Source: Blastocatellia bacterium (lineage in GTDB: Bacteria > Acidobacteriota > Blastocatellia > UBA7656). From it: a DNA stretch of 64,000 bases. Location: NCBI GenBank assembly GCA_963765495.1, contig CAVXWP010000008.1, forward strand, positions 608,001-672,000, given 5' to 3'. A program made the position numbers and the translations under genes. The notes beneath the pieces are model-generated. The model did no database searches and had not been told where the DNA came from. It saw only the letters and a list, made by a program, of their open reading frames with translations. Shown one piece after another: positions 61,020 to 64,000 of the stretch (position 1 is the stretch's first letter; every line of letters begins with the position of its first letter).

Positions 61020-63458
61020 ATGTTCGAACGATATACCGAGAAAGCGCGCCGCGTAATCTTCTTCGCCAGATATGAAGCAAGCCAGTTCGGGGCGCACGCC
61101 ATCGAGGCCGAGCATATTCTGCTCGGTCTGCTTCGCGAAGACAAACAGTTAGCTCAGAAATTCTTCCGCTCTCCACACTCTACAGTAGAATCGATCCGCA
61201 AGGAGATCGAAGGCCGCACGGTGTTGCGCGAAAAGGTCTCTGCTTCGGTTGATCTGCCTCTGTCTCAGAGCGCGAAGCGCGTACTCAGTTACGCCGCGGA
61301 TGAAAGCGAGCGATTGCAACATCGCTACATTGGAACGGAACATCTGCTTCTGGGCATTCTGCGCGAAGAGAAATCGCCTGCCGCGACCATTCTATATGAG
61401 CGAGGGCTGCGCCTTTCTCAAATACGCGAAGACCTCTTGCGCGCTCAGCACAATGAACGCGCGATAGCTCATAAAAAAGAGGTCCCGCACCTTGCCGAAT
61501 TCAGCCGCGATCTTACCGAAGCCGCCGTCGCCGATCAGCTTGACCCGCTCATCGGTCGCGAATTTGAAATCGAGCGCCTGATTCAGATTCTTTGCCGCCG
61601 TACAAAGAATAATCCCGTGCTGATTGGCGAACCGGGTGTCGGAAAGACCGCAATCATAGAAGGGCTGGCTCAGAGGATTGTCACAGGCGATGTGCCTCCT
61701 TTTCTTCGCGACAAAAGGCTGCTTGCGCTCGACCTGTCGCTTATCGTAGCCGGGACTAAATACCGGGGTCAGTTCGAAGAACGGCTGAAGACTATAATGC
61801 GCGAGTTGATCGACAACCCGCATTACATCGTCTTCATAGACGAATTGCACACCCTGGTAGGCGCAGGATCGGCCGAAGGGTCGCTTGATGCCGCCAATAT
61901 CTTGAAACCGGCGCTCTCGCGCGGCGAGATTCAATGCATAGGCGCGTCCACGCCTACGGAATTTCGAAAGACCATCGAAAAAGATCGCTCGCTCGAACGA
62001 CGCTTCCAGACCGTAAAGGTTCCGGCTCCGACCGAAGAAGAGACCATAAAGATACTTGAAGGGGTAAAGGAAAGATACGAGGCTTTCCATCAGGTGCGAT
62101 ACACACAAGAGGCCCTTGAGGCCGCCGTCTTTCAATCATCCCGCTATATTTCGGATCGATTCCTGCCCGACAAGGCCATCGATGTGCTCGACGAAGCAGG
62201 TGCGAGAGTGAAGTTGCGCGAAGCTCACATGCCGCCCGATATTATCGACAGCGAAGGCCGATTGCGCCGCCATACGGCGAATTTCGAGCGCGCCACAGCC
62301 GAACGCGATTACGAGCGCGCAAAGTTCTTCAAGCAGAAAGAGCAGGAAGAACTTGGCAGGCTTGCGATCTTGCGCGAGTCTTACAATATCGACGAGGGAC
62401 TGCCCTCGGAGGTAGGCCGCGAAGATGTTGAAGAGGTGATTTCGCGCTGGACAGGAATTCCTTTGACCTCGCTAAAAGAAGAAGAGACGGCAAAGCTGCT
62501 GCGTACGGAAGAGGAACTGCACAAACGTATCATCAGTCAGGACCGCGCAATTTCGGCGCTTTCGCGTGCGATTCGCCGCTCCCGCGCTGGGCTGAAGAAT
62601 CCGAACCGGCCCGTGGGCTCTTTCCTCTTCCTCGGCCCCACGGGCGTAGGCAAAACCGAGGTTGCCAGATCGCTCGCGGAATTCCTCTTCGGGTCCGAAC
62701 GCGCTCTTATCCGCTTCGACATGTCTGAGTACATGGAAAAGCACGCCGTGTCAAAGCTCATCGGCAGCCCGCCCGGCTACGTAGGCCACGAAGAAGGCGG
62801 GCAGATGACCGAAAAGATCAAGCGAAACCCCTACTCGGTCCTGCTGCTTGACGAGATCGAAAAGGCACACCCCGACCTCTTCAATATTCTGCTTCAGGTG
62901 CTTGAAGACGGAACATTGACCGATTCGCTCGGCAATTCGATTGATTTTAAAAACACCATCCTGATCATGACTTCAAACATAGGCGCGCGCTTTATACAAA
63001 AGCGCGGGCATCTCGGGTTCCAGGCGGCGCAGCGGTCTCAACAATCGACCGTTGAAGAAGGCGTGATGCAGGCGGTCAAGCAGACGTTCAACCCGGAATT
63101 CATAAACAGGCTTGATGAGATCATCGTTTTCGAGCCGCTTACCGATTCCGATCTGTTCGAAATCGTGGGCCTCTTGATAGCCCAGCTCAACCGCACATTG
63201 ATCCGACGCAAGCTTCAGGTGCAGATGACCGAAGATGCCCGCCAGTGGATTGTCGATCAGACATGTACGGATCGCAGCTACGGCGCCCGCCCGCTTCGTC
63301 GAGCGCTTCAAAAATATGTCGAAGACCCACTTTCGGAGGCCCTTATTGGCGGACGATTCAGCGAAGCCTCGGTTATTGAAATCTATCTGGAAGGCGATAT
63401 GCTTGGATACCGCCCCGTTGAACTTGAAGAGCTTGGCGATGCGTTGCTCGTACAGTGA
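61020..63458 (+). CDS. clpC: ATP-dependent Clp protease ATP-binding subunit ClpC
   Basis: [11 protein letters not shown]; canonical pore loops GTKYRG and PPGYVG; UVR-like M-domain; ClpP-docking loop HLGF. Confidence 0.93.
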   Translation: MFERYTEKARRVIFFARYEASQFGAHAIEAEHILLGLLREDKQLAQKFFRSPHSTVESIRKEIEGRTVLREKVSASVDLPLSQSAKRVLSYAADESERLQHRYIGTEHLLLGILREEKSPAATILYERGLRLSQIREDLLRAQHNERAIAHKKEVPHLAEFSRDLTEAAVADQLDPLIGREFEIERLIQILCRRTKNNPVLIGEPGVGKTAIIEGLAQRIVTGDVPPFLRDKRLLALDLSLIVAGTKYRGQFEERLKTIMRELIDNPHYIVFIDELHTLVGAGSAEGSLDAANILKPALSRGEIQCIGASTPTEFRKTIEKDRSLERRFQTVKVPAPTEEETIKILEGVKERYEAFHQVRYTQEALEAAVFQSSRYISDRFLPDKAIDVLDEAGARVKLREAHMPPDIIDSEGRLRRHTANFERATAERDYERAKFFKQKEQEELGRLAILRESYNIDEGLPSEVGREDVEEVISRWTGIPLTSLKEEETAKLLRTEEELHKRIISQDRAISALSRAIRRSRAGLKNPNRPVGSFLFLGPTGVGKTEVARSLAEFLFGSERALIRFDMSEYMEKHAVSKLIGSPPGYVGHEEGGQMTEKIKRNPYSVLLLDEIEKAHPDLFNILLQVLEDGTLTDSLGNSIDFKNTILIMTSNIGARFIQKRGHLGFQAAQRSQQSTVEEGVMQAVKQTFNPEFINRLDEIIVFEPLTDSDLFEIVGLLIAQLNRTLIRRKLQVQMTEDARQWIVDQTCTDRSYGARPLRRALQKYVEDPLSEALIGGRFSEASVIEIYLEGDMLGYRPVELEELGDALLVQ

Positions 63459-63557
63459 ATCGTGATGCGTGATGCGTGATGCGTGATCTTCGGGCCGATG
63501 GCCGTTTAAGGTCGCATCGCTTATCTCACGAATCACCATTCACGATTCACGATTCAT
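63455..63557. repeat. Inverted pair of 7-bp arrays (GTGATGC)n / (TCACGAT)n
   Basis: 63455-63489 begins on the clpC TGA; the partner array is at 63526-63557. Confidence 0.88.
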
Positions 63558-63584
63558 CAATCGCTGTTCAACTAAATCAAATCA

Positions 63585-63962
63585 ATGCTGAAGATATCTT
63601 TGTTGCTGCTTGGTGGAGCTTTTGGAACCGGGCTCAGATATTTCTTTTCAAGCTTCATCTATTCGTTGATCAAAGAGCCGACCTTTCCTTATGCAAATCT
63701 GATCATCAACGTATCGGGAAGCTTTATTATAGGTTTTCTCGCCGAATCATTTGAAACAAGGTATCTTGTTTCTCCCGCCGTGCGCGTGGCGTTGCTTACG
63801 GGCGTGCTTGGCGGCTACACGACATTCTCAAGTTTTTCGCTTGAAACCTTTTCGATGTTGCGCGACGGCGAGGTCTGGCTCGCGGCGTTGAATGCTTTCG
63901 GCAGCGTATTGCTGGGGCTTGCGGCCGTCTGGGTTGGAGTTCGACTGGCCCAGGCCTTTTAG
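63585..63962 (+). CDS. crcB: Fluoride efflux channel CrcB/Fluc
   Basis: GGAFGTGLRY, NVSGSF and GVLGGYTTFSSF. Confidence 0.95.
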   Translation: MLKISLLLLGGAFGTGLRYFFSSFIYSLIKEPTFPYANLIINVSGSFIIGFLAESFETRYLVSPAVRVALLTGVLGGYTTFSSFSLETFSMLRDGEVWLAALNAFGSVLLGLAAVWVGVRLAQAF

Positions 63963-63976
63963 TCTGAGAGGTAGTA

Positions 63977-64000
63977 ATGAAAACTCTCGAAGAGGGACAG
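63977..64000 (+). CDS. Start of the next gene (MKTLEEGQ...), truncated by the window; possibly DUF190
   Basis: GAGAGG RBS and ATG 14 nt after the crcB stop. The DUF190 guess rests only on its usual linkage to crcB. Confidence 0.45.

Noticed and set aside
933-63557. Short repeat arrays as CRISPR
   Set aside because: Units are 7-9 bp tandem repeats with no unique spacers, and there are no cas genes.
63459-63584. Fluoride riboswitch expected upstream of crcB
   Set aside because: The GGCGATG..TCGCC and GCTRATGAC elements are not present; the space is taken by heptamer arrays.

Overview
Bacterial chromosomal window with about 47 protein-coding genes. It has no rRNA, tRNA, CRISPR array or transposase that I can support. 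The gene families present (Oar-like TonB receptor, CRTAC1/ASPIC-UnbV protein, kinase-TPR fusion, multiheme-TPR fusion) suggest Acidobacteriota; this is an inference. Most genes are housekeeping or envelope genes: a KAS II-like ketosynthase with an MMPL transporter, two Hsp100/Clp ATPases, two class I aldolases, a class A PBP, a lytic transglycosylase, an M16 peptidase pair, GDH, murJ, and lysS-lolC/E-lolD-clpC-crcB. The best candidate for an undescribed system is the cassette at ~35.9-40.0 kb. It encodes a Cys-clamped small HTH protein, a DsbA-like oxidoreductase and two paralogous secreted proteins of unknown family; one is the shared domain alone, the other adds a C-terminal domain with 11 Cys and several His. 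Other notable features: a Clp ATPase lacking both pore-loop tyrosines; a PAS-PAS-Fis protein with no AAA+ domain; and several families of short non-coding repeats (inverted 7-bp-period arrays that often overlap TGA stop codons, 9-bp-period elements, a perfect 35-bp inverted repeat and a GTAG-type REP-like element). All calls come from reading the sequence by eye; no database searches were run.
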